A stretch of DNA of 64,000 nucleotides from an uncultured Gammaproteobacteria bacterium (GCA_964645605.1 CAZYCE010000002.1:3256-67255), one strand, 5' to 3'. Counted from the stretch's first letter, positions 38,846 through 47,895 are shown. Notes: generated by a model not told the origin, from the letters alone. Translations and numbers: made by a program.

Positions 38846-40062
38846 TTTTTAAATACTTTTCTAAGTCCGTAAATAGCCACAGGTAAACTGCAAGCAAAGG
38901 CTATGATTGTGGAGTATCCGGCCCCAACTATTCCATATTTAAGAACCATTGGATAAATTGCCGCCGTCATGCCGACGATTCCGGACAGTTCCGAGTACAT
39001 CACAAGTTTTTGCAGTTTTAACGAGTAAAACAAAGAATAACTGAAGTTTAAAATTGACTTTAGCGCGCCAAAAACGGCCAATATTTTCAAAACCGGCTCG
39101 ATTGTCAACCATTTCTCTCCCAATATAATCAAAATAATAGGTCGGGAAAAGAACAAAAGAAGCAATGAAAAAGGAATCACTAGGGCTGCTATCACAGCAA
39201 TAGTTTTGTAAAAAGCTTTTTTAAGCCTCGCTTTGTCTCCGCCAATAACCACATAAACCGGAAAAGTTACTTTGTTAAATATCTGACCGATCTCGGATAC
39301 GGGAAGAGTTGAAACACTATATGCCTGTTGGTAAAAACCCAAACTCGTGGTTCCCAGAACTTTTCCCACGGTAACGTTATCAATATTTTGAAAAATGTAG
39401 CTAAAGATCGCAGCTCCAGTTACCCATTTTCCGCTGTGAAGTATTTTTTGAATCTTCTCTTTTGAAACCAAAAACTTCGGTTTATCTTTAAACAAAATGA
39501 AGCTTAAGAAAACCTCCGTAACTGCTGCCGCAAGCATTCCGAAAAGCATCGATGATTCTGAGTGCGTCAAAAATCCGAGGCTAACCGCAACTGCGGCATC
39601 AATAAAATATAGAGAACCTCTAAACAGAAACTCTTTCGTAAATTTTAATTCTTTCTGAAAAGCCACCTCCATCGGGTTTATAAATCCGCGGGCAATTGCC
39701 ACCCCCGCGACTATATACAATAGCTTATATACGTCCGGCGTTTTGAAAAAGTAAACAACCAATGGAGACGAGACCAAAATTACCAGAGCTATAAGAGCGC
39801 CCCTGAGGATAGAAACCACCCAAGCTGAATTTAAGTAGGGCTTTATCTCCCCCTTTTCCTGAATCAAAAAAACATTTATTCCCGTTTCAGTCAAGACTTC
39901 CAGAAATCCCAAAACAAGAAGTGCAATCGCATAATTTCCGAATTGGCTTGGAGAAAGGATACGGGCCAATATAGCAATTTTGACAAGCCCCAACCCCCTT
40001 ATGAAAATTCTGAGAAGGCTCATCCAAGTAACACCCTTCATCGCATCCTTAAAGTAGCCCAT
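38842..40062 (-). CDS. Polysaccharide biosynthesis flippase (Wzx/MATE-like)
   Basis: It is 406 aa with about 12 transmembrane helices. The architecture and genomic context fit Wzx-like flippases. Confidence 0.55.
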   Translation of the reverse strand: MGYFKDAMKGVTWMSLLRIFIRGLGLVKIAILARILSPSQFGNYAIALLVLGFLEVLTETGINVFLIQEKGEIKPYLNSAWVVSILRGALIALVILVSSPLVVYFFKTPDVYKLLYIVAGVAIARGFINPMEVAFQKELKFTKEFLFRGSLYFIDAAVAVSLGFLTHSESSMLFGMLAAAVTEVFLSFILFKDKPKFLVSKEKIQKILHSGKWVTGAAIFSYIFQNIDNVTVGKVLGTTSLGFYQQAYSVSTLPVSEIGQIFNKVTFPVYVVIGGDKARLKKAFYKTIAVIAALVIPFSLLLLFFSRPIILIILGEKWLTIEPVLKILAVFGALKSILNFSYSLFYSLKLQKLVMYSELSGIVGMTAAIYPMVLKYGIVGAGYSTIIAFACSLPVAIYGLRKVFKK

Positions 40063-41006
40063 TAGCTTTTGATTATACCCGATACGAAGCCTCTCATCAC
40101 GGATATGTCAGATACAACCTGAAGAACAGGACCCCACAGGGCTATTCGCCAATCTCTGAATTCCAAAAATACCTTTCGATAAGCCCATAAAAAATAACTT
40201 AATAAACAAATGAACAAAATGATAAATAGGGAAGTGTTCAGAATGGATAAAATAAAAAGTCCCATCAAAAAAATATACCTGACAATGATGGAAACGGCTT
40301 TAATATTGTGCGACATAAGCTTTTGGGTTGGGTGCCACCAAATTCCGTACTGCACATCCCATTTTGCATATTCGCTAATTTTGAATCCAAACTCCCGAAT
40401 TGAGTTTGGCATCCCCCACTCCACAATCGCATTTTTCACGCGTGAATATCTTAGTCCAAGTTTTACTGCTTTGTAATTAAAATCTGAATCTTCGGCTGAA
40501 TTGTTTTTTCCCTCCGGAAACCCCCCTACTGCCTCCCATGCGCTTTTTCTGAAAGCCATTGATCTGGTCGATGGCAAAAATTTTACGTCGAACCTCCGCG
40601 GCGTTACTCCCAAAAAAACCGATTCTGCTTTTTGCAAGCGCGAGCTTCCGACCATTTTGTAAAAACCCGCAACAATATCTACCCTTCCGGTTTCGAAGGG
40701 CTTTGTGATATTTTTCAGCCAATCGGGCTTTGCCACACACCCGGCATCGGTAATAGCAATGACTTCATTTCTCGCCAGTTCAACACTTATGTTCCTGCCC
40801 CTGGACCTCGTACATTTCTCAACAACAGATTTAATATAAGAGTGTTTCTTTTGATAATGACGGATTATTTCGCGGGTCTTATCAGTCGATCCCCCATCGA
40901 CAATTATTATTTCATCGGCTTTTTTACTTTGGCCAATCAAAGAATCCAACAGTAAAGAAATATTTGCCTCTTCGTTATAAGTAGTAATGCAGATAGATAC
41001 TTTCAT
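40062..41006 (-). CDS. Family 2 glycosyltransferase with a C-terminal transmembrane segment
   Basis: The N-terminus ICITTYNEEANI...DGGSTDKT and the DAG motif in AITDAGCV fit GT2 (GT-A). Confidence 0.75.
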   Translation of the reverse strand: MKVSICITTYNEEANISLLLDSLIGQSKKADEIIIVDGGSTDKTREIIRHYQKKHSYIKSVVEKCTRSRGRNISVELARNEVIAITDAGCVAKPDWLKNITKPFETGRVDIVAGFYKMVGSSRLQKAESVFLGVTPRRFDVKFLPSTRSMAFRKSAWEAVGGFPEGKNNSAEDSDFNYKAVKLGLRYSRVKNAIVEWGMPNSIREFGFKISEYAKWDVQYGIWWHPTQKLMSHNIKAVSIIVRYIFLMGLFILSILNTSLFIILFICLLSYFLWAYRKVFLEFRDWRIALWGPVLQVVSDISVMRGFVSGIIKS

Positions 41007-41070
41007 CTAGATTTTCTTAACTTTATCGAAAAGACGGGTTTTGAAAGGATGTCTAAAACTTTTGTATCTT

Positions 41071-42162
41071 TCATTTCAAAACTGATTTATACAATGAAAG
41101 GTATTCATCTGCGCTTTTCTTCCAGCCTAACATATTGTAGCGAGTTTTACCTTTCAAAACCATCTCATTGATAGACTCGCCTCTACGGAGTACTTTTTCA
41201 ATAGCACCTGCAATCTCATTTATCTTTTTAGGATTAATAAGAATGGCTGCTCCGTCTGCGACTTCCGGAAGTGAAGTAGTGTTTGACGAAATAACGGGAA
41301 CCCCCGCCCCAAAACCTTCCAGAACTGGGAAACCGAAACCTTCAGATAGTGTTGGGTAACAAATTAAGGTTGCAGATTTAATTATTGCTCCTAAAGTTTT
41401 GTCATCAACATATCCCGTAAACACTACCGAATCGCCTAACTTCAAATCCTCAATAATTTGATCCAGCTGTTCTCTTATTCTCTTATTATCACCTGTGATA
41501 ACCAATTTAATTTCGTCGTGTTTTTCGTGAACGAAAGCAAATGCTTCAATAAGTTTGTCCAAATTTTTTCGAATATCAATTCCTCCGTGATTCAAAATAT
41601 ATTTCTGATTCTTAAGGTTTTTAGGAAGAGTTCCGCCTTTCTCAAGCATTGGGTTTCCCGAATATATTGTCTGAATTTTATCGTCAGCAACACCCAGTCT
41701 TTTCTCAAGTTCACCTTTAACGTAATTTGAAACCGTAACTATTTTTTCAGCTTTTGAAAGTGAACTTTTTAACCGCAAAATGTAAGAAAGTTTAGACAGT
41801 GGCGGTGCCGGGGAGTATGAAAAATAATCCTTTATTTCCAGAGGAATTATGTCATGGACTGTTAAAACCGCAGAAACCGGACACGTTAGGGGAATACCCA
41901 TATTTCCAAGTGCATGGTACAAATGAACCCTCTCGTTTTTAAGAGATCTCGGCAATGCAATTTGTTCAAAAATATACCTATTTTTTGTGGGAAGAATTAC
42001 GGACTTAATATTTTTTCCTTGCAACTTAAATTTAGGCTTTTTGGAGTAAAAAACAACGCATTCGACCCCCATCGTATTTAATTCAGTTAGAAGATATTTT
42101 ATATACTTTCCCACCCCAACAAGATCTCCTTCTGCATATCTTCCGTCAAATCCGATTTTCAT
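41071..42162 (-). CDS. Family 1/4 glycosyltransferase (GT-B)
   Basis: It has EGFGFPVLEGFGAGVPVISSN, which is the EX7E motif region of GT4/GT1. Confidence 0.8.
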   Translation of the reverse strand: MKIGFDGRYAEGDLVGVGKYIKYLLTELNTMGVECVVFYSKKPKFKLQGKNIKSVILPTKNRYIFEQIALPRSLKNERVHLYHALGNMGIPLTCPVSAVLTVHDIIPLEIKDYFSYSPAPPLSKLSYILRLKSSLSKAEKIVTVSNYVKGELEKRLGVADDKIQTIYSGNPMLEKGGTLPKNLKNQKYILNHGGIDIRKNLDKLIEAFAFVHEKHDEIKLVITGDNKRIREQLDQIIEDLKLGDSVVFTGYVDDKTLGAIIKSATLICYPTLSEGFGFPVLEGFGAGVPVISSNTTSLPEVADGAAILINPKKINEIAGAIEKVLRRGESINEMVLKGKTRYNMLGWKKSADEYLSLYKSVLK

Positions 42163-42926
42163 TTTTTCTGCGCGATTATTATGACCAAATTCGGTTCCCT
42201 AATTCTAAACGGCCATATTTTAACAAACAGTTTTTTGAATGCATAAAATTTATCAAAAGCGTAAAGAAACTCCTTATATAATATTTTATAACCATTTAAT
42301 TTAAGTTCTGTCTCTATAATATTAGGGGTATAAACCCTCATGTGCCCAATGGGGTTGTCCCCTTTCGCCACCATTTCTTCAAGTTTTTCGTTAACTGGTA
42401 CAGTAACTATTAATTTGCCTCCCTTTTTTAAAATTTTATTAATAGATTTATAAATACCGAAAATATTACTTGGAGCAATATGTTCTAAAACATCTAATGC
42501 TGTAATGAAATCAAATTTAATGTCCGGATAATGAATATCATAGATATTCCCTACTTTATATTCACCCCTTAAATGTCCTTTAGCGTATTTGACTGCCTCA
42601 CTAGATATATCAAATCCGTAAATTTGAAGATCGTCAAACGCTTGAATCTTTCTCTCTAAACTCGCCCAGCCAAATCCAATATCCAAAAGCCGCCCTTTTT
42701 GAACCGACAGATATTTTGAAACAATTTTAATTTTATCGTTATACATCGGATATTTTCTGAGCATTTCCCGATCGTCAATTATTTTTTTATCCCAAAACGA
42801 TTTTTTGTTTATATTTACAATTTCAGGGTGTTTTTTGGTGTACGTTTTTCTGAAGGCTTTGAATTTATGTTGAACGGCCAGTTTATTTCTTAGTCTTTCG
42901 ACATCAAAAGGTGAATTCATACCCAA
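42159..42926 (-). CDS. Class I SAM-dependent methyltransferase
   Basis: It has LLDIGFGWASLE (motif I), DVLEHI and LKKGGKLIV. Its stop overlaps the start of the downstream glycosyltransferase by 4 nt. Confidence 0.7.
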   Translation of the reverse strand: MGMNSPFDVERLRNKLAVQHKFKAFRKTYTKKHPEIVNINKKSFWDKKIIDDREMLRKYPMYNDKIKIVSKYLSVQKGRLLDIGFGWASLERKIQAFDDLQIYGFDISSEAVKYAKGHLRGEYKVGNIYDIHYPDIKFDFITALDVLEHIAPSNIFGIYKSINKILKKGGKLIVTVPVNEKLEEMVAKGDNPIGHMRVYTPNIIETELKLNGYKILYKEFLYAFDKFYAFKKLFVKIWPFRIREPNLVIIIAQKK

Positions 42927-43344
42927 AGTTTATCACTTTGAAAGCTTTTTGGTGTAAAACATTATTACGTGACCAAATGGACTTTTTGTTTTATGAATTC
43001 CTAGGAAATTTAGATCAAGTATATTGGTAATTTCGCACCCATAGGGAAAAACCCAAAAATCCACAATTGGATTTTATACATGAGTAGAAATTTTTTAATC
43101 GCAGTAGGTTTTGACCCCCTAAAATCTTCCTTACGAGCGAGGGAATCGAAGAAATTTTCTCTAACACTCCCCGCCTCCGCCATTGCAGTCTTAGTTTTAT
43201 GGGAAGTAACAAAATACAAGTTTATTCCCCGTAAAATCCGGATCTTCAGCGGAGAGAATTCCTGGAAGATTCCTTCTCAAAATCATACCAAACCAATAAG
43301 AAAAACAACAACCGCTACAATTTTAACGCAGTTCTTTTTCATTG

Positions 43345-43528
43345 TGGTCGCGTATGGACTCGAACCAGAGACTTTTACAACCCGCCCACCGTACTTAGTG
43401 GATTCGGATGGACTCGGACCATCGACCTTTCGAATGTGAATCGAACGCTCTACCCCTGAGCTACGAATCCCTTTACCAAGGCAGACGCGGTGTAAATGCA
43501 ACGCTCTAACCAACTGAGCTAAGCGACC
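43345..43528 (-). tRNA. tRNA-Val(UAC)-like gene split at position 37/38 by a 110-nt insertion that contains the complete tRNA-Val(CAC). It is either an intron-containing tRNA or a disrupted pseudogene.
   Basis: The 5' half (43528-43491) reads GGUCGCU-UA-GCUC-AGUUGGUUA-GAGC-G-UUGCA-UUUACA. The 3' half (43380-43345) reads U-UGUAA-AAGUC-UCUGG-UUCGAGU-CCAUA-CGCGACC-A. Joined, they give the anticodon loop UUUACAU. There is one mismatch in the T stem and one in the acceptor stem. The insert is flanked by a CCGC/GCGG helix. Confidence 0.35.
43399..43470 (-). tRNA. tRNA-Val(CAC)
   Basis: This is a manual cloverleaf on the minus strand. The acceptor stem is GGAUUCG/CGAAUCC. The D arm is GCUC-AGGGGUA-GAGC. 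The anticodon stem is UUCGA/UCGAA with loop UUCACAU. The T arm is GAUGG-UCCGAGU-CCAUC, which has a non-canonical C55. The discriminator is A. Confidence 0.85.
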
Positions 43529-43567
43529 AATAGTCGTATTTTACCACGAGGCTGTTTTCTCTGCCGA

Positions 43568-44209
43568 GTGGCAAACCCTGTTTATCATCTTGACTGTCTA
43601 TTCATTATTAAAGTAAAAAGTATCATGCCGATAGAAATAGACGCACCCTACAAAACTCCCTATCTGCCATTTTCTGAAAATCCCAATCAAATAGATATTT
43701 CTGGGTTCGATGTGCTTAGCTATATTCCTCCGGAGCAAATGAGTGAATATATAAATGGCCTTTCGGAGAGAATCAAACTAAAAAATTTTGATTTTGTTCT
43801 GGTTAACTTAAATGGTGGAAAATATTTGTTTGATAAACTTTCTCAAATCCAAAATTACCTTAAAAATCCGGTACAAATTGAATATCATAGACCAGATGGG
43901 GGTTTTGGTGCAAAAATCGACATTCCCGTACCGGAAGAGGTAAAAGGCAAAAAATGTTTAGTAATTGATGATATTTATGATACGGGAGGAGTACTTAAAG
44001 CTATTATGTCTGAGCTTTCCGCCGATTCTCAAGCTGCCGTAATAGTGACCAAGCGCGATATACAAAACCAAATTCCAATAGAAAATCTGTCTATCGGGGT
44101 TAAAATAGATAAAGTTTGGGTCGGCGGGTGCGGAATGAACTTGGGGGTGGAGGCAGAAGGAGATATCTTCAGAAATTATCCCGGGATTGTTGTAAACAGT
44201 CGTTCTTAA
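43568..44209 (+). CDS. Phosphoribosyltransferase family protein (type I PRTase), probably purine salvage
   Basis: It has the PRPP-binding motif CLVIDDIYDTGGVLKAI. It is adjacent to the IMPDH-family and purA genes. Confidence 0.6.
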   Translation: MANPVYHLDCLFIIKVKSIMPIEIDAPYKTPYLPFSENPNQIDISGFDVLSYIPPEQMSEYINGLSERIKLKNFDFVLVNLNGGKYLFDKLSQIQNYLKNPVQIEYHRPDGGFGAKIDIPVPEEVKGKKCLVIDDIYDTGGVLKAIMSELSADSQAAVIVTKRDIQNQIPIENLSIGVKIDKVWVGGCGMNLGVEAEGDIFRNYPGIVVNSRS

Positions 44210-44289
44210 AGTTTAGAGTATACTCCCTCCGCTTTTAAAATAAAATCCTTGACATCGATTTAGGAAAATCATACAGTGGGTCATGTTGC

Positions 44290-45330
44290 GTGAAAAAAAT
44301 GAAACAAATTATAGAACTTGCACTTTCCTACGACGATGTTCTTCTTGTCCCTCAATACTCAGAGATTAAAAGCAGATCTGAAGTAGGTTTATCCACCCGA
44401 ATTACTCCGCATGTCAAACTGGGTATCCCCATGATAAGTTCCAATATGAGCAGTATTACCAATGCCAACTTTGCCACTAGATTAGGTAAGTTGGGAGGAC
44501 TTGGGGTTCTGCCCCGGTTCACATCTATTGAAAACGAGGCCGGAATGGTTGCCGCCGTCAAAAAGGAAAAACTTTTTGTTGCTGCTTCGGTTGGTATAAA
44601 AGAAGGATCACTTGAAAGGGCGAAGGTTTTGGTTTTGGCAGGAGCGGATATTTTAGTTTTGGACGTCGCACATGGGCACATGCTGCAAGCCATCGAAGAA
44701 ACTAGAAAACTAAAACAATTTTTTGGAAAAAGCGTTGACATTATTTCAGGAAATGTTGCAACTGCCGAAGGAGCAAAAGATTTATTTTCGGCAGGAGCCG
44801 ACTGTGTCAAAATAGGAATTGGCCCGGGATCCACCTGTATCACCAGAACCGAAACGGGTTGCGGTGTACCCCAAATATCCGCAGTTATGGAATGTGCCAT
44901 TGTTGCTAAAAAATTTAATAAGACAATTATAAGTGACGGAGGAATGAAAAATTCAGGAGACGTAGTTAAAGCTCTCGCAGCAGGTGCATCGGCAATTATG
45001 ACCGGACATCTCTTTGCCGGTATAAAAGAAACGGCGGGAAAAATTGTTGTAAAAAACGGTATTAAATATAAAGAATACAACGGTTCAACTTCTCTTATTG
45101 AAAAATCAAAAAGATCCCCAAAGTTCCCCAATCATATTGAGGGTGTAGCCGGGTTTGTTCCCTATCGGGGAGATCTGGAAACTTGCATTGAAAGAATTAC
45201 TGAAAATATACGTTCCGGTTTTTCCTATATCGGTGCAAAAAATATTAAAGAAATTTGGAGAAAGGCAAAATTTGTCAGAATCTCACCGATGGGCTTTAAA
45301 GAAAGTGGATCACATGATTTATATATTTAA
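44290..45330 (+). CDS. IMP dehydrogenase / GMP reductase family enzyme lacking the CBS subdomain
   Basis: It has DVLLVPQYSEIKSRSEV, the catalytic loop IGIGPGSTCITRTETGCGVPQISAV, and IISDGGMKNSGDVVKALAAGASAIM. The 346-aa length means there is no CBS pair. Confidence 0.75.
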   Translation: MKKMKQIIELALSYDDVLLVPQYSEIKSRSEVGLSTRITPHVKLGIPMISSNMSSITNANFATRLGKLGGLGVLPRFTSIENEAGMVAAVKKEKLFVAASVGIKEGSLERAKVLVLAGADILVLDVAHGHMLQAIEETRKLKQFFGKSVDIISGNVATAEGAKDLFSAGADCVKIGIGPGSTCITRTETGCGVPQISAVMECAIVAKKFNKTIISDGGMKNSGDVVKALAAGASAIMTGHLFAGIKETAGKIVVKNGIKYKEYNGSTSLIEKSKRSPKFPNHIEGVAGFVPYRGDLETCIERITENIRSGFSYIGAKNIKEIWRKAKFVRISPMGFKESGSHDLYI

Positions 45331-45333
45331 TAT

Positions 45334-46434
45334 ATGAAAGAACGTCCCGATTATCCTGGAAAAGCTATATGGGTAGGAGGTGCTCAATTTGGAGATGAAG
45401 GAAAGGGGGTAACATCTGCTATCCTTGCCAATATCTACGACGCAGCTATTGTTGTAAAGACGGGGGTTGGGCCCAATGCAGAACATGGCCTTTTTCTAGA
45501 AGATGAATTAACTTACCTTAAGGTTAATCAGCTACCTCTTGGGTGGATATTAAGCCCTAATACACAAATCAGGATAGGCAGAAATGTTGCAATTGATCCT
45601 GTAAAACTAAACTACGAAATTGAGAGGTATAAACTTCAAGGAAGGGTGAAAGTTGATCCAAACTGTCCGATAATCACACAGGAACATATTAGAAACGAAA
45701 CAGAAAGTAAGAGAATGAAGGATGGAATAGGTTCGACAATGAGTGGCAGCGGTTATGCACATGCCGATCATATCTTGCGTCTAGGTCCTGTGGCCAGAGA
45801 TATCGATTCCCTAAGCCCCTTGCTTATAGATGTGGCTGAGGAAATAAACCGCGTTTGCCGGAAAGAAACTGTCATTTTAGAATCATCTCAGGGATACGGC
45901 CTCTCGCTTTCAACGGAATTTTATCCCAACACAACATCTAAAAACGTAACCAGTACCTCAGCCATGGACGACGCCGGATTAAATCCTCACAGACTAAGCG
46001 ATGTCTTTCTTGCGGTAAAAACCAGACCAACCAGAGAAGGCCAGGGTTCTATGGGAAAAACTGTGGAACTTACCATGGAACAAATTAAAAAACAGGGTTT
46101 GATTGAAGTTAGTTCTATCGGAGGAAAAATAAGAAGAAAGGCGGAGTCTATTGATTTTGAAATGCTCAAAACCGCTTCTGAGGTAAATGGAGCTACACAA
46201 ATCGTACTAACTTTTTGCGAGCAATACGATCCTGAAATTACACATAAAACCAGCAAAAGTCAGGTTACCGATAAAATCTATAAACTTATCGACAAAATCG
46301 AAGAAACAACCAATGTTCCGGTAACTTTATTAAATACCGGAAAACCGTATTATGACTATATAGATCTTACCGACAAAAACCCGGATTTGTCAGCCGAATT
46401 AAAAAAGGTAGATTTATCTACTTTGAAACTATAA
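45334..46434 (+). CDS. purA: Adenylosuccinate synthetase (short, archaeal-type)
   Basis: The N-terminal P-loop GGAQFGDEGKGV is the PurA GDEGKGK motif. The 366-aa length is short, like archaeal AdSS. Confidence 0.7.
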   Translation: MKERPDYPGKAIWVGGAQFGDEGKGVTSAILANIYDAAIVVKTGVGPNAEHGLFLEDELTYLKVNQLPLGWILSPNTQIRIGRNVAIDPVKLNYEIERYKLQGRVKVDPNCPIITQEHIRNETESKRMKDGIGSTMSGSGYAHADHILRLGPVARDIDSLSPLLIDVAEEINRVCRKETVILESSQGYGLSLSTEFYPNTTSKNVTSTSAMDDAGLNPHRLSDVFLAVKTRPTREGQGSMGKTVELTMEQIKKQGLIEVSSIGGKIRRKAESIDFEMLKTASEVNGATQIVLTFCEQYDPEITHKTSKSQVTDKIYKLIDKIEETTNVPVTLLNTGKPYYDYIDLTDKNPDLSAELKKVDLSTLKL

Positions 46435-46456
46435 TTTACTTCTCTATAATGGATTC

Positions 46457-47038
46457 ATGATCAAACGTCTTGGAACGTTTTTTTTAGATGTATTGGAGGT
46501 AGTTGTTTTCGCCATAGGTATATTTTTCTTTATATACCTCCTGGTCATGCGCCCTCACAAAATCGACGGGGCATCAATGATGCCTAATTTTCCAAACTCC
46601 GAGTATCTTCTTACCGAGAGAGTGACGTATTATACAAGAAATCCCCAGCGCGGTGACGTTGTCGTGTTTACTCCCCCTGTTACGAATCTTGACGAATATA
46701 TTAAAAGGGTGATTGCACTACCTGGAGAAAAAGTCATGATTAAGGGAGGTCGTGTTTATATTAATGGCAAGGTTCTTAATGAACCATATCTCGCTGAAAA
46801 TGTGTACACCAACGCAGGCACTTGTAGTGATGAACTTCCTTGTCTTAAAGAAGGAGTTGAATATGTTGTTCCCGAAGGTAACTACATAGTTATGGGCGAT
46901 AATCGTCCGAATTCTTCCGACTCAAGATTTTGGGGCCCGATAACCAAAAAGGTCATTACGGGAAGAGCTTGGATTATTTACTGGCCGCTAAAGCTCGCCG
47001 GGGTCGTTAAACAACCAAATTACAGCTTCGAACAATAA
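46457..47038 (+). CDS. lepB: Signal peptidase I
   Basis: It has an N-terminal transmembrane helix, the Ser box GASMMPNF, the Lys box YIKRVIALPGEKV and GDNRPNSSDSRFWGP. Confidence 0.85.
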   Translation: MIKRLGTFFLDVLEVVVFAIGIFFFIYLLVMRPHKIDGASMMPNFPNSEYLLTERVTYYTRNPQRGDVVVFTPPVTNLDEYIKRVIALPGEKVMIKGGRVYINGKVLNEPYLAENVYTNAGTCSDELPCLKEGVEYVVPEGNYIVMGDNRPNSSDSRFWGPITKKVITGRAWIIYWPLKLAGVVKQPNYSFEQ

Positions 47039-47051
47039 TTAAAGAAGAAAA

Positions 47052-47894
47052 CTATTCTACAATTGACTTATAAATTCTCTGAAGGGTATCTTCGGTCTCG
47101 TCAAGTCCGCCTTTAAGAACAAAAATTATTCTGGTTTCCCTGCGCGACCTGATCAATTTTACGGAGTTCTTTCTGGCAACTTCACCATTGCTGCTCGTAG
47201 CAACAAGTGCCTTCTCCATATCGCTTTGCATTTTATCAATCTCCTCGGAAATAATCCTGATATGTTCGTCCGCTTTCTTGACTTCCTGATTGCTTTTGAC
47301 CTTCATCCTTCTTGCAAGCTCCTCAGCGCGCCTTACCGAACCGCTTTCTCTTAAAACGATCTTATAGGCCTCAATCATAAGATTGCTGTCGTCAATGGCT
47401 GCAAGTGCTCTAGCGTGCCCCTCACTGATGAGTCCCGAGAGAAGTCCGTCTTTAAGCGCGTCCGGAAGACTCAGAAGCCTCAGGGAGTTGCTGACATAGG
47501 CAACGCTTTTCCCGATCCTGACAGCTATTTCACTTGTGGTAAGACCAAATTCATTCATAAGTCTCTCAAAACCTTTGGCTCTATCAAGAGGGTTAAGGTC
47601 AACTCTCTGAACATTTTCAACAAGAGCCATCTCAAGCATACCTTTAGGTGAAGTTTCACGGATTATGGCGGGGACATGCGTAAGCCCGGCCAGTTTTGAT
47701 GCTCTCCAGCGTCTCTCGCCTGCAATTATCTGAAATCCTGCCGGAGTTTTGGCAACAACAAGCGGTTCCAGAATTCCGTGTTCACGAATTGAATCAACAA
47801 GATCTACAAGACTCTCCGGTGTGATGGCACCACGGGGTTGAAGAGGGTTCGGCTGGAGCTGATTTATATCGAGCTGTATTACTTCTTCTGCCAT
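47052..47894 (-). CDS. parB: Chromosome partitioning protein ParB (Spo0J)
   Basis: It carries GILEPLVVAKTPAGFQIIAGERRWRASKLAGL, the ParB box with the GERRxRA motif, and an HTH region. Confidence 0.85.
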   Translation of the reverse strand: MAEEVIQLDINQLQPNPLQPRGAITPESLVDLVDSIREHGILEPLVVAKTPAGFQIIAGERRWRASKLAGLTHVPAIIRETSPKGMLEMALVENVQRVDLNPLDRAKGFERLMNEFGLTTSEIAVRIGKSVAYVSNSLRLLSLPDALKDGLLSGLISEGHARALAAIDDSNLMIEAYKIVLRESGSVRRAEELARRMKVKSNQEVKKADEHIRIISEEIDKMQSDMEKALVATSSNGEVARKNSVKLIRSRRETRIIFVLKGGLDETEDTLQRIYKSIVE

Positions 47895-47895
47895 T

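Noticed and set aside
43150-43200. A tmRNA-like 3' end (…CTCCCCGCCTCCGCCA) in the 414-bp gap before the tRNA-Val locus
   Set aside because: I could not build a T arm or acceptor stem around it, and there is no matching GGGG 5' end or tag-peptide reading frame. It is probably a chance resemblance. The gap could still hold an ncRNA, but I could not support one.
43080-43513. Two ORFs: 43080-43439 (plus strand) and 43283-43513 (minus strand)
   Set aside because: They cover the tRNA-Val locus, and their translations are low-complexity. They are not coding.
43345-43528. An alternative register of the outer tRNA-Val acceptor stem (UGGUCGC/GCGACCA, with a perfect 7 bp)
   Set aside because: That register destroys the canonical U8-A9 and the GCUC/GAGC D arm, and it leaves an extra nucleotide between the T stem and the acceptor stem. 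I kept the canonical register with its two mismatches.
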